Assembly (NCBI RefSeq): GCF_001830555.1
Contig: NZ_MIAM01000014.1
Coordinates: 1,332 to 65,331, forward strand
Direction: 5' to 3'
Source of the DNA: Sphingopyxis sp. RIFCSPHIGHO2_12_FULL_65_19
Lineage (GTDB): Bacteria > Pseudomonadota > Alphaproteobacteria > Sphingomonadales > Sphingomonadaceae
DNA: 64,000 nucleotides
This document shows positions 28,377 through 38,438 of the stretch, piece by piece (the first letter of the stretch is position 1; each line of letters starts with the position of its first letter). The position numbers were made by a program, and so were the translations under genes. The notes beneath the pieces are model-generated. The model worked only from the letters and a program-made list of their open reading frames with translations, was not told the origin of the DNA and did not search any database.

Positions 28377-29417
28377 TCATGCTGCCACGGGGCGGACGAC
28401 GGTCGAAAACGCCACTTCGGTATCGATCGCGGGCCGGTCGATCGTCGCGGCCGACAGCCGCCCGGTGAGCAGCCCGGCCCAGTCGGCGACAAGGCCGCAG
28501 CCAACCTGATCGGCATACACGACGCCGCCGGCCGGGCGCGCGTTGATTTCGAGCAGTTTCCACGTGCCGTCGACGGCGCGGCGGAACTGCGCATTGACCA
28601 GACCGTGGAGCGTGAAGCGGTCGACGATCGCGGCGACGACAGGCTCCAGCGGGTGGCGGGTGACGATATGCTGACGCGCGGTGCCCAGCTTGGTGCGCGC
28701 GGCATATTTCAACAATTGTCCCGCGTCGGCGAGAATGTCGAAAGAGATTTCGGGACCGGGAAGATAGGCCATTGCGACGATCTCGTCGATCGGCCCGCGC
28801 TGTTCCTGGTCGCGCAGTGCCGCCAGATAATGGTCGGGACGAATCCGGCGCCGTTCCGAATCCTGGAGATGCGCCATCGGCGACACGTCCGCCAGGCGCC
28901 AGAAGCCAAGGCCATTGACCCCCTGTCGCGGCTTGACGCACGGCGCGGCGTCGTCGCCGTCCGCCATGTCCGGCCAATCGGCGAGCAACGCCGCAAGGTC
29001 GTCGCTGCCCCGCACCAGATGGGTCGGGAGGTGATAATCCTCCCCCGCGAGCGCCGCCGCAAACGCATATTTGTCATCGAGCAGTTCAAGCGTCGGAACC
29101 GCCGCGGGCAGGTGGACGCGGCAGGGAAGGTCGGTCGCCGCGATCAGCTTGCGCCGCCGGGTGGGCACGAAGATATCGACCGCGTGGCGATCGATAATGT
29201 CCCGCACCCAATCCAGATAGGCGGCGGGATCGTCGGCCGCGCCGTCCGCGCCGTCCGCGCCGCCATCAATCCAGGTCGCGGTCGGTCCCGGATAATGGGC
29301 GCTCATCGGCGAAACGCTGACATAGACGTCGAGCGACGCGTCGGCGGCTCGCATCAGCGCCGCGATCGGGGCGAGCGAAAATCCGCGATTGAACCAGATC
29401 CGCACCGGCTGCGTCAT
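28377..29417 (-). CDS. ATP-grasp ligase of the Ter biosynthetic module
   Basis: WFNRGFS, CVKPRQGVNGLGF, YLPGPEISFD, LLEINARPAGG. Confidence 0.85.
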   Translation of the reverse strand: MTQPVRIWFNRGFSLAPIAALMRAADASLDVYVSVSPMSAHYPGPTATWIDGGADGADGAADDPAAYLDWVRDIIDRHAVDIFVPTRRRKLIAATDLPCRVHLPAAVPTLELLDDKYAFAAALAGEDYHLPTHLVRGSDDLAALLADWPDMADGDDAAPCVKPRQGVNGLGFWRLADVSPMAHLQDSERRRIRPDHYLAALRDQEQRGPIDEIVAMAYLPGPEISFDILADAGQLLKYAARTKLGTARQHIVTRHPLEPVVAAIVDRFTLHGLVNAQFRRAVDGTWKLLEINARPAGGVVYADQVGCGLVADWAGLLTGRLSAATIDRPAIDTEVAFSTVVRPVAA

Positions 29418-29447
29418 CGCCAAAGGGTCATGGCACCCGGCGCGCCA

Positions 29448-30029
29448 TCAACCGAGGTTGACGCCCAGGCTGCCGGCAAGGCCCGAAAGCCCGCTCGCCC
29501 AGCCTTCGCCGATCGCCTTGACCTTGATGTCGCCCTGCGGCCCGCGATAGAGTTCGACGAAGATCAGCGAGGTGTTGGTGCTGCCGTCTTCGGACAGGTC
29601 GAAACGTGCCAGTTCCTTGCCGTCGGCATCGTTTAAGACGCGCGCATAGGCGTTGGAAACCGATCCGAAATTCTGGCGGCGTTCCTGCCCTTCATGGATC
29701 GTGACCGCGACGACGACCTTTTTCACATCGGCGCCCAGTCGGCCGAAGTCGATCTTGATCGTCTCGTCGTCACCGGCGCCATCGCCGGTGCGATTGTCGC
29801 CGCCATAAACGACCGAGCCGTCGGGCGACGCCTTGTTGTTATAGAAAATGAAATGGGCGTCGCTCAGCACCTTGTCATTGCTGCCGACGACGAACGCCGA
29901 CGCGTCGAGGTCGAACGCCGCGCCATCGGTCTGCCGCACGTCCCAGCCCAGCCCGACCGTGACCGACGACAGGCCCGGCGCCTCCTTGCTGAGCGAAACA
30001 TTGCCGCCCTTGCTCAATGACACCGCCAT
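29448..30029 (-). CDS. terD: TerD-family protein
   Basis: [36 protein letters not shown]. Confidence 0.92.
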   Translation of the reverse strand: MAVSLSKGGNVSLSKEAPGLSSVTVGLGWDVRQTDGAAFDLDASAFVVGSNDKVLSDAHFIFYNNKASPDGSVVYGGDNRTGDGAGDDETIKIDFGRLGADVKKVVVAVTIHEGQERRQNFGSVSNAYARVLNDADGKELARFDLSEDGSTNTSLIFVELYRGPQGDIKVKAIGEGWASGLSGLAGSLGVNLG

Positions 30030-30098
30030 GTCCGTTCCCTTTCCGAAAAAAATGCGGCTACCGTCGGCGATCACGCAGCCGGTAGCCATGGGCATCCA

Positions 30099-30674
30099 TC
30101 AACCGACGTTGACGCCAAAGTTGCTCGCGAGCGGGCCGAGCCCGCCCTTGAAACCCTGTCCCACCGCGCGGAATTTCCATTCGCCGGCGTTGCGATAGAC
30201 TTCGCCCAGGATCATCGCGGTTTCGACCGATGCATCTTCCGACAGGTCGTAGCGGACGATTTCGGTCCCCGTCTTGGCATCGACGATGCGGATGAAGGCG
30301 TTCGACACCTGGCCGAAGCTCTGCCCGCGCGATTCGCCGTCGTGGATCGTCACCGCCACCGCGACCTTTTCGACTTCGGCCGGGGTCTTCGACAGGATGA
30401 TCTTGATCTGCTCGTCGTCGCCGTCGCCTTCACCCGTGCGGTTGTCGCCCTGATGGATCACGGCGCCGCCGACATCCTTGTTGTTGTAGAAACAGAAATC
30501 GCCGTCCGAACGCACCTTGCCGTCGCCCTTCAACAGGAAGGCCGATGCATCGAGGTCGAAATCCTGCCCGTCGGTCGCGCGGACGTCCCAGCCAAGGCCG
30601 ACGATGACTTCGTCGAGACCGGGCGATTCCTTCGACAGGCTGACGTTGCCGCCCTTGGAGAGAGAGATTGCCAT
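30099..30674 (-). CDS. terD: TerD/TerE-family protein
   Basis: [54 protein letters not shown]. Confidence 0.93.
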   Translation of the reverse strand: MAISLSKGGNVSLSKESPGLDEVIVGLGWDVRATDGQDFDLDASAFLLKGDGKVRSDGDFCFYNNKDVGGAVIHQGDNRTGEGDGDDEQIKIILSKTPAEVEKVAVAVTIHDGESRGQSFGQVSNAFIRIVDAKTGTEIVRYDLSEDASVETAMILGEVYRNAGEWKFRAVGQGFKGGLGPLASNFGVNVG

Positions 30675-30742
30675 CGAATTTGTCCTTTCTGATTCCGATC
30701 GAGTGGCCCGGATCACCGGGCCACCGTCACATGGGGGTTGTT

Positions 30743-31798
30743 TCAGGCCGCAGCCGAGGCTTCGCCCTCGCCAGCCGAATTGGCCCGGTTCCAGCGGACC
30801 GACGACCAGAAGGCGATGCCGATCAGCACGGCACCGATCAGGCCGGTGATCACTTCCGGAATATGCTGGAAGGTGTTGATGTACATGATCACCGCGAGTG
30901 CGAGGATGGCATAGAAGGCGCCATGTTCGAGGTAGCGATATTCGGACATCGTGCCCTTGCGCACCAGAAAGATCGTCATCGAACGCACGAACATCGCGCC
31001 GATGCCGAGGCCGATGGCGATGATGATCAAATTGTTGGTCAGCGCGAAGGCGCCGATGACGCCGTCGAACGAAAAGCTGGCGTCGAGCACTTCGAGATAG
31101 AGGAATGCACCGAAACCGGCCTTTGCCACGTCGCCGGTCGACGGCGTCGGGGGTTCCAGAATATGGTTGACGATCTCGACGACGATGAAGGTCAACAGGC
31201 CGCCGATCGCCGCGATGATGAAGGTCAGCGCGTCGGCATCGGACAGCATCGTCGAGGTTCCCCAGGTGGCGAGCAACACCAGCCCGATCGCCACCGCGTC
31301 GATATCGGCGACCTTCGCAAGCGGCCGTTCGATCGCGGCGATCCAGTCGACCTCCTTGTCGGAATCGAAGAAATATTTGAGGCCGACCATGCCCAGGAAG
31401 GCGCCGCCAAAGCCCATCAGCCCGATATGCGCGTCGCTGACGATACGCTGATATTCGGTGGGTTCATTCAGCGCGAGCTTGAACGCCTCGATCGGGCCAA
31501 GACCCGCGGCGACCATCACGATTACCAGCGGGAACACGATACGCATCCCGAACACCGCGATCGCGATACCCCAGGTGAGGAAGCGTTGCTGCCACACCGG
31601 GTCCATGTCCTTGAGCACCGATGCGTTGACCGCGGCGTTGTCGAACGACAGCGACACCTCCAGCACCGACAGCACGATGCAGATCCACAGGATCCCCAGC
31701 ACGCCGTCGACCGTGCCGGTGAGTTCCCAGCCGTACCAGCCGCCCAATGCGAGCGCCACCACCGAAAAAAGCAGTGAGCCGCCGAAATGTTTCAACAT
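30743..31798 (-). CDS. TerC-like integral membrane protein (DUF475)
   Basis: [43 protein letters not shown]. Confidence 0.88.
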   Translation of the reverse strand: MLKHFGGSLLFSVVALALGGWYGWELTGTVDGVLGILWICIVLSVLEVSLSFDNAAVNASVLKDMDPVWQQRFLTWGIAIAVFGMRIVFPLVIVMVAAGLGPIEAFKLALNEPTEYQRIVSDAHIGLMGFGGAFLGMVGLKYFFDSDKEVDWIAAIERPLAKVADIDAVAIGLVLLATWGTSTMLSDADALTFIIAAIGGLLTFIVVEIVNHILEPPTPSTGDVAKAGFGAFLYLEVLDASFSFDGVIGAFALTNNLIIIAIGLGIGAMFVRSMTIFLVRKGTMSEYRYLEHGAFYAILALAVIMYINTFQHIPEVITGLIGAVLIGIAFWSSVRWNRANSAGEGEASAAA

Positions 31799-31866
31799 CT
31801 ACCTATGTCCCCTTGCCGCCCTGTGCGGCGCTTTTCGTCTTGCCGCCCGGCGCGGCGTTGTCGTCG

Positions 31867-33045
31867 TCAATCTTTCGATCCCGCTGCCCAGCGCAGGATG
31901 ATACCGACGTCGTCGGCATATTCCTTCTGGTCACGGTAATAACGCATGTGCCGCTGCATCCGCAGGCTGCCACCTTCGTTTTCGAGAAGCGCTATACCGC
32001 AAAGGCGGCAATTGTCGCGCCCTTCGTCAAGCCGGACCTCGATCTCCGGCTGGCCGGGCACTGTCATCCGCACCACGCCGTCGGTCTTGGTCCAGTTCGG
32101 AACCCCGTCATAGATGAGCGCGAAGACCGCGATGCGTTTGATCTGGTCGAAATAGCGCCCGTTGACGCGGATCGTTTCGCCCGCCGACACGGCGCCCGTC
32201 CGGTCGTCGCCCGACAATTGGATGAAGGGTTCGCGTTCATAGTCGCCGAACGAGCGGCCAAGGGCCTGGATCACACCCTTGTACCCGTCCTGGAGTTCAA
32301 ACAGGACGCCGAGATCGAGGTCGATGTTTTTCGCGCCGCCACCAAAGAAGCCGCGCTTCTGGTCGGCCTGGCTCCAGTTGAGGTTCAGCACAATCTCGCC
32401 GAACGTCGCCCCTGTTTTCTTGAGGCTGACGCTCGGGCTCGATTTTTCGAGGGTGATTTTCTTGAGGCTGACCGGCGCCGAAGGCGCTGGTGCAGGTGCA
32501 GGTGCAGGTGCGGGCGCCGGTGCGGGCGTCGGAGCCGGTGCAGGCGCATCCGCCACCTCGCCGCCGAAATGGGCGATCAGGCTCGCCAGCCCGCCCGCAA
32601 AGCCCGCGGCAATGGTGCCGCACTTCCAGCCCGAGCTGTGCCGGTAAAGCTCGATCATCATCACCGCCTTTTCGTCGGTCAGATGCTCGGCGACGTTGAA
32701 CTCGGCCTTGCCCTGGTCGATCGACACCAGCAACGGCCGCGCCTCGGCGATCGGGCGGCTGTCGTGCGTCGCGGTAAAGACGATGCGGTCGACCGTCGCG
32801 GGCAACGCGTCGAGATCGAGCGTGAACACCGCCTTGTCCGACGCGGACGCCAGGCTGATCGCGCCTTCGGGCGAGCGGGCGTTGGAGAACAGCACGACAT
32901 AGCGATCATCGCCGATCTTGCGCGCGGCATCGAGCCCGAAGGCAGCGATATCGACCCCCGCCATCCCGAAGGACACCGCCACGTCGCAGCGCCCGCCGAT
33001 CCCGAGATCGGACAGGCCGCGCTTTTCACCTTTTTGCAATTGCAT
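31867..33045 (-). CDS. TerD-like domain + Pro/Ala linker + TerA-like domain
   Basis: N-terminal degenerate TerD; (AP)n linker; C-terminal VLNLNW...DLDLGVLFEL...IQALG...GDDRTG...GETIRVN. Confidence 0.82.
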   Translation of the reverse strand: MQLQKGEKRGLSDLGIGGRCDVAVSFGMAGVDIAAFGLDAARKIGDDRYVVLFSNARSPEGAISLASASDKAVFTLDLDALPATVDRIVFTATHDSRPIAEARPLLVSIDQGKAEFNVAEHLTDEKAVMMIELYRHSSGWKCGTIAAGFAGGLASLIAHFGGEVADAPAPAPTPAPAPAPAPAPAPAPSAPVSLKKITLEKSSPSVSLKKTGATFGEIVLNLNWSQADQKRGFFGGGAKNIDLDLGVLFELQDGYKGVIQALGRSFGDYEREPFIQLSGDDRTGAVSAGETIRVNGRYFDQIKRIAVFALIYDGVPNWTKTDGVVRMTVPGQPEIEVRLDEGRDNCRLCGIALLENEGGSLRMQRHMRYYRDQKEYADDVGIILRWAAGSKD

Positions 33046-33108
33046 GCATCATTTCCCACTGGCTTCGCGGCACACCCGCTGCAAAGCGACGCCGATTGTT
33101 CGGAAGGA

Positions 33109-33696
33109 TCAGATCAGGCGCCGCGACTGGTCGACCAGTTGCTGGACGTGGACGCCCGCGGCACGCTCGCCGATCGCCTTGTAAACCCATTCCCCGCCGC
33201 TGCGTTTCAGCGAGGCGAGGATCAGTCCGGTGTAGGAGCCGCTTTCACTGATGTCATAACGCGCAAGTTCGCGGTTGGTCGACAGGTCGATCACGCGGCC
33301 GAACGCATTGGCGACCTTGTCAAAGGTCTGGCCGCGAAAGCTGGTCACCGTCAGCACGAGCGTTTCCACCGATGCGGGCAGCCGCGTCAGGTCGACCGAG
33401 ATCGTCTCGTCATCGCCGTCGCCTTCGCCGGTCAGATTGTCGCCGCTGTGGCGGACCGAACCATCGTCGCTGGTCAGTTTCTGGAACCACACCGTGTCGA
33501 CGACATTGCCCGCCGCATCGAAAACAAGGCAGGATGCGTCAAGGTCGATGTCGGCGGTGCCGCCCGACAGTTTCGCGAAGAATCCGGTCGGCTTGACCAT
33601 GTCCCAGCCCACGCCCAGGGCGATCCGCGTCAACCCGCCTGCCCCGGCCTCTTTTGCCAGGCTGACGCTCGAATTTTTGTTCAGCGAAATAGCCAC
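33109..33696 (-). CDS. TerZ/TerD-family protein, first gene of the Ter operon
   Basis: GTG start after GGAGG; [24 protein letters not shown]. Confidence 0.88.
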   Translation of the reverse strand: MAISLNKNSSVSLAKEAGAGGLTRIALGVGWDMVKPTGFFAKLSGGTADIDLDASCLVFDAAGNVVDTVWFQKLTSDDGSVRHSGDNLTGEGDGDDETISVDLTRLPASVETLVLTVTSFRGQTFDKVANAFGRVIDLSTNRELARYDISESGSYTGLILASLKRSGGEWVYKAIGERAAGVHVQQLVDQSRRLI

Positions 33697-33710
33697 GCGC
33701 TTCACCCTCC

Positions 33711-33737
33711 TTACGACAATCAACAAATATGTCGTAA
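33711..33737. promoter_or_regulatory. Perfect palindrome TTACGACA-N11-TGTCGTAA abutting the RBS of the Ter operon
   Basis: 8-bp perfect inverted repeat in an AT-rich leader; operator or RNA hairpin. Confidence 0.55.
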
Positions 33738-33953
33738 CTGATATAAATTGGCCGATGGCCTGTCCATATCTTTGCGGTCGGGCTTCATAAGAAAAAATGA
33801 ATGAAATAAATCTGCAATTCAAATTCTTAATATAATATATGCCCGGTCCGGAAACGGCGCACCGCACGAATAGCAACGCAGCGCAATCCTTTAGGGAAGT
33901 CCCGGCACGAAATTCGCGGCGAGCGCCTGCGCAAGGCCCGCAGGGTCAGGCCC

Positions 33954-35459
33954 CTAAAGAGTGACGCCGCGTTTCCAGATACCGATCGCGCGTTCGTCAT
34001 TGACCTCGTTGCGCGCCAGCTCGCCGCTCGCCACCGCCAGGATGCGCGCCAACAGCGCGGCCGCCGCGGCATCCATCCCTTCGTCCAGCACCCGCCCGGC
34101 GTCGAAATCGATCCAACCCGGTTTGTGCGCGGCGAGCGCGGCGTTGGAGGCGATCTTCATCGTCGGAACGGGGCTGCCGAGCGGGGTGCCCCGCCCGGTC
34201 GAGAACAATGTGAGCGTGACCCCGGCGGCCGCGAGCGCGGTGGTCGATACCGCGTCATTGCCCGGCGCCTCGAGGATGGTAAGCCCGGTGCGTTCGGCGC
34301 GTTCGCCATAGGAAATCACGTCCGCCACGGTCGCAAGCCCGCCCTTCTGCACCGCGCCCAGCGACTTTTCCTCCAGCGTCGTGATGCCCCCCGCGACGTT
34401 GCCGGGGCTCGGATTTTCCGACACCGGCTCGCCATGGTCGAGGAAATAGCGTTTGAAGCCGTTGATCATTGCGGCAAGGCGCGTGAACACCGCCTCGCTT
34501 TCCGCGCGTTCGAGGAGAAGACCTTCGGCCCCGAAAATTTCCGGAATTTCGGTCAGCACCGCGCCGCCCCCGGCGCCGGTCACCGCATCGGCCATCCGCC
34601 CGATCAGCGGATTGGCGGTCAGCCCGCTCATCGCATCCGACCCGCCGCATTTGACGCCGAGCCGCAGCGCCGAAAGCGGCACCGCGCGGCGCGCGTCGGC
34701 CGCCATCGTCGCGATCAGCTCTTCGATCAGCGCGATCCCGGCGGCAAATTCGTCGACCTCCCCTTGCGCGTGCAGCGTGCGCAGCCGCCCCCGCGCGGCG
34801 GCGGGGATGCGGTCGATCAGCGCGTCGAGCTGGTTCGATTCGCACCCGAGGCCAAGGATCAGCACCCCGCCGGCATTGGGATTTTGCGCCAGCGAAGCCA
34901 GGATCGCGGCGGTTCCGTCGAGATCCGCGCCGAGCTGCGAGCAACCGAAGGGATGGTTGAACGCATGAACGCCGTCGATGCGCCCCGCACCGATCCGCTC
35001 GCCCGCCCGCGCCAGCCGCTCGCCGAGCCGCCCGACACAGCCGACGGTCGGCAGAATCCACAATTCGTTGCGCGTCGCGACGCGGCCGTCGGCGCGGACA
35101 TAACCCTGGAAGGTCGGCGCGTCCTTGCAACGCTCGCGCACCGCGGCAGGCGCGACGAAGCGATATTCGCGCTCGCCGCCCAGCGCGGTCTTCAGATTGT
35201 GGCTGTGGACATGTTCGCCGCGCGCGATCGCGCGCGTCGCAATGCCGATGGGTGCTTGGTATCGGTGGACGCGCCCGCCCGCCGCGATCGGGTGCAGCGC
35301 GAACTTGTGTCCCGAACCGATCGCATCGACGAGGCGCACGGCGTCCTGCCCCACCATCACCGTCTCGCCCGCCGACAAGGGCGCCAGCGCGACCGCCACA
35401 TCATCGGCGTCGGCAACGCGCAGGGCCCGTGGCCCGACCGGGTTCGCGGCATCGTCCAT
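33954..35459 (-). CDS. uxaA: Altronate dehydratase (UxaA family, N-terminal SAF domain)
   Basis: GHKFAL, HVHSHN, PTVGCV, HPFGCSQLG, LGCESN, KCGGSD, NPSPGNVAGGITTLEEKSLG. Confidence 0.9.
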   Translation of the reverse strand: MDDAANPVGPRALRVADADDVAVALAPLSAGETVMVGQDAVRLVDAIGSGHKFALHPIAAGGRVHRYQAPIGIATRAIARGEHVHSHNLKTALGGEREYRFVAPAAVRERCKDAPTFQGYVRADGRVATRNELWILPTVGCVGRLGERLARAGERIGAGRIDGVHAFNHPFGCSQLGADLDGTAAILASLAQNPNAGGVLILGLGCESNQLDALIDRIPAAARGRLRTLHAQGEVDEFAAGIALIEELIATMAADARRAVPLSALRLGVKCGGSDAMSGLTANPLIGRMADAVTGAGGGAVLTEIPEIFGAEGLLLERAESEAVFTRLAAMINGFKRYFLDHGEPVSENPSPGNVAGGITTLEEKSLGAVQKGGLATVADVISYGERAERTGLTILEAPGNDAVSTTALAAAGVTLTLFSTGRGTPLGSPVPTMKIASNAALAAHKPGWIDFDAGRVLDEGMDAAAAALLARILAVASGELARNEVNDERAIGIWKRGVTL

Positions 35460-35476
35460 ATCGCGGGATTACGTTA

Positions 35477-35492
35477 TTGCCAGCGTTGGCAC
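35477..35492. promoter_or_regulatory. LacI-type operator 1 (TTGCCAGCGTTGGCAC)
   Basis: Palindrome with central CG in the uxaA/uxaC divergent gap. Confidence 0.7.
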
Positions 35493-35518
35493 AAGCGCCT
35501 AGACAGCGATTTCGACGA

Positions 35519-35534
35519 TTGCCAGCGCTAGCAA
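35519..35534. promoter_or_regulatory. LacI-type operator 2 (TTGCCAGCGCTAGCAA)
   Basis: Second copy 42 bp from operator 1. Confidence 0.7.
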
Positions 35535-35567
35535 CGCCAAGCTGCCGCGCGACGAGGAGAGACGCCA

Positions 35568-37007
35568 ATGGCAATGCTTCAACTACACCCCGATCGCCTG
35601 CTCCCGGCCGACCCGAAGACCCGCGACATCGCGCGCGCGCTCTATGCCGAGGTTGCCGACCTGCCGATCATCAGCCCGCACGGCCATACCGATCCCGCAT
35701 GGTTCGCGACCGACGCGGCGTGGGACAATGCAACCGAACTGCTCATCGCGCCCGACCATTATGTCTATCGTATGCTCTACAGCCAGGGCCTTGACCTCGA
35801 TGCGCTGCGCGTCCCCCGGATCGACGGCGTTACGGCGACCGACCCGCGCGCGGCCTGGCGCCTGTTCGCGAGCCATTATCACCTGTTCCGCGGCACGCCC
35901 TCGCGCATGTGGCTCGACCATGTCTTCGCCGATGTCTTCGGGTTCGAGACGCTACTCGATGCCGCCAGCGCCGACGATTATTACGACCGCATCACCGCGT
36001 CGCTCGCCGCCCCTGCCTATCGCCCGCGCGCGCTGTTCGACCGTTTCCGCATCGAATTTCTCGCGACGACCGAAGGCGCCGACGATCCGCTCCACCATCA
36101 TGCCGCGATCCGCAATTCGGGCTGGCCGGGCCGCGTCGTCACCACCTATCGCCCCGATTCGGTGATCGACGTCGAACATGAAGCCTTTCGCCCTGCGCTG
36201 GCGGCCTTTGCCGCGCTGACCGGCGAGGATGTGACGCGCTGGCAGGGCTATCTTGCCGCGCACCGCAAGCGTCGCGCCGATTTCCGCGCCGCCGGAGCGA
36301 CCGCGACCGACCATGGCTTCGCGACGGCACAGACGGCGAACCTGTCCGCGGCCGAGGCCGAGCGGCTGTTCGATCGCATCGTGGCCGGCACATGGGACGC
36401 CGCCGACGCCGAACTTTTCCGCGCCCAGATGCTGACCGAAATGGCAAAGATGAGCGTCGAAGACGGGATGACGATGCAGATCCACCCCGGATCTTGCCGC
36501 AACCATAATCGCCAGCTTTTCCGCAGCCATGGCCGCGACAAGGGCGCCGACATCCCGATGCGCACCGATTATGTCAACGCGCTGAGACCGATGCTCGACC
36601 TGGTCGGCAACGAACCCGATCTGACCGTGATCCTCTTCACGCTCGACGAATCGACCTATGCGCGCGAACTTGCGCCGCTGGCGGGCCATTATCCCTGCCT
36701 GCGCCTGGGGCCGAGCTGGTGGTTCCACGACAGCCCCGAAGGAATGCGGCGGTTCCGCGAGATGACGACCGAAACCGCAGGATTTTACAACACCGTCGGC
36801 TTCAACGACGATACGCGCGCCTTCTTCTCGATCCCGGCGCGCCACGATGTCGCGCGGCGGATCGACTGCGGCTTCCTCGCCCGCCTTGTCGCCGAACATC
36901 GCCTCACCGACTGGGAAGCGGCGGAACTCGCTTATGAACTGACCAATGGCCTGGTGCGCAAGGCCTATCGCCTCGACCCGGCGGTGCCGGCCCGCGAGGC
37001 CGCGTGA
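35568..37007 (+). CDS. uxaC: Uronate isomerase
   Basis: IISPHGHTDP, PDHYVYRML, QIHPG, WWFHDSPEG, GFNDDTRAF. Confidence 0.95.
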   Translation: MAMLQLHPDRLLPADPKTRDIARALYAEVADLPIISPHGHTDPAWFATDAAWDNATELLIAPDHYVYRMLYSQGLDLDALRVPRIDGVTATDPRAAWRLFASHYHLFRGTPSRMWLDHVFADVFGFETLLDAASADDYYDRITASLAAPAYRPRALFDRFRIEFLATTEGADDPLHHHAAIRNSGWPGRVVTTYRPDSVIDVEHEAFRPALAAFAALTGEDVTRWQGYLAAHRKRRADFRAAGATATDHGFATAQTANLSAAEAERLFDRIVAGTWDAADAELFRAQMLTEMAKMSVEDGMTMQIHPGSCRNHNRQLFRSHGRDKGADIPMRTDYVNALRPMLDLVGNEPDLTVILFTLDESTYARELAPLAGHYPCLRLGPSWWFHDSPEGMRRFREMTTETAGFYNTVGFNDDTRAFFSIPARHDVARRIDCGFLARLVAEHRLTDWEAAELAYELTNGLVRKAYRLDPAVPAREAA

Positions 37008-38428
37008 CGCGCCTGTCGAACGCCGCGCTCGCCGGGCTTCCCGCCGCGATCGGCCGCCCCCGCTATGATCGCGGCGCGGTTGCGCAAGGGGTCGTCCATT
37101 TCGGCCCCGGCGCCTTTCATCGCGCGCATCAGGCGGCGGCGTTCGACACGCTGCTGGGCGAAGATCCGCGCTGGGGGATCACCGCGGTCAGCCTCAATTC
37201 GGCCTCGACCGCGGCGGCGCTGAACCCGCAGGACGGGTTGTATACGCTCGCCATGCTCGATGCCGACACCGAATATCGGGTGATCGGCGCGATCGGGGGC
37301 GTGCTGACCGGCGATCAGCCGGGTGCCATCCGCGCCGCCCTCGCCGACCCCGCCACCCAGCTCGTGTCGATGACCGTCACCGAAAAAGGCTATGGCCTTG
37401 GCGGCGACGGCACGCTCGACTTTGCCCATCCCGCAATCGCCGCCGACCTCGAACCCGGCGCCGCGCCGCGTTCGATCATCGGCTGGCTCGCCGCCGGGCT
37501 GGGCGAACGTCGCCGCCGCGGCCTTCCGGGCCTCACTTTGCTGTCCTGCGACAATCTTGCCGACAATGGCCGCAAGCTGGGTGCCGCGGTGCGTGCCTTT
37601 GCCCAGGCGGTCGATCCCGAAACCGCACGCTGGATCGAACAGGAAGCGCGCTTTCCCAATGCGATGGTCGACGCGATCACGCCGGCCACCGACGACAGGC
37701 TGCGCGCGCGCGTTGCCGCCGAGCTTGGCCTCGCCGACGCCTGGCCGATCCAGCGCGAGCGTTTCACCCAATGGGTGATCGAGGATGATTTTGTCGGCGA
37801 GCGCCCTGCCCTCGAACTGGCCGGGGTCACCTTCACGCGCGACGTGCGCGGGTTCGAGGCGGCGAAGCTGCGCCTGCTCAATGGCGCGCACTCGACCCTC
37901 GCCTACATCGGCCTCGGCCTCGGCCATCAAAGCGTGGCCGGGGCGATGGCCGACCCCGCGCTCGCGCGCTTTGTCGAACGGTTGATGCGCGACGATATCG
38001 CGCCGTCGCTGACCCCGCCGACGGGGCTCGATCTTGACGCCTATATCGGCGCGATCCTCGACCGCTTCCGCAATCCCGCCATCGACCATCGCCTGTCGCA
38101 GATCGCGTGGGACGGGTCGCAAAAGCTGCCCTACCGCATCCTCGACACGGTGCGCGATGCGCTCGCTGCCGATCGCCCGATTGCGCGGCTCGCGGTGCCG
38201 GTCGCGGCATGGCTGCATTTCATCGCGCGCGCGGCGGCGACCAAATCGCCGATCACCGACCCGCTGGCCGACCGCTTGCTGGGCGCGGGTGGCGATTGGC
38301 GCGCGATCGTCGCGATGCGCGACATTTTCGGCGATTTGCCCGGCGAACCGCGCTTTATGGCGGCGGTCGAGCAAGTCCATGACGCCCTCGCCGACCCCGC
38401 GGCCTATGCGCTGGAACCCACCGCCTAG
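37004..38428 (+). CDS. uxuB: Mannitol dehydrogenase-family fructuronate reductase
   Basis: HFGPGAFHRAHQA, MTVTEKGY, SCDNL, KLRLLNGAHS, IAWDGSQKLP. Confidence 0.85.
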   Translation: MTRLSNAALAGLPAAIGRPRYDRGAVAQGVVHFGPGAFHRAHQAAAFDTLLGEDPRWGITAVSLNSASTAAALNPQDGLYTLAMLDADTEYRVIGAIGGVLTGDQPGAIRAALADPATQLVSMTVTEKGYGLGGDGTLDFAHPAIAADLEPGAAPRSIIGWLAAGLGERRRRGLPGLTLLSCDNLADNGRKLGAAVRAFAQAVDPETARWIEQEARFPNAMVDAITPATDDRLRARVAAELGLADAWPIQRERFTQWVIEDDFVGERPALELAGVTFTRDVRGFEAAKLRLLNGAHSTLAYIGLGLGHQSVAGAMADPALARFVERLMRDDIAPSLTPPTGLDLDAYIGAILDRFRNPAIDHRLSQIAWDGSQKLPYRILDTVRDALAADRPIARLAVPVAAWLHFIARAAATKSPITDPLADRLLGAGGDWRAIVAMRDIFGDLPGEPRFMAAVEQVHDALADPAAYALEPTA

Positions 38429-38438
38429 GGTCCGGGCC

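Noticed and set aside
31747-33741. 664-aa plus-strand ORF, plus similar shadows across the Ter operon
   Set aside because: Antisense to well-supported ter genes.
33700-33950. yybP-ykoY (Mn) riboswitch upstream of the TerC-like operon
   Set aside because: The expected GGGGAGUA-type conserved segments are not visible.
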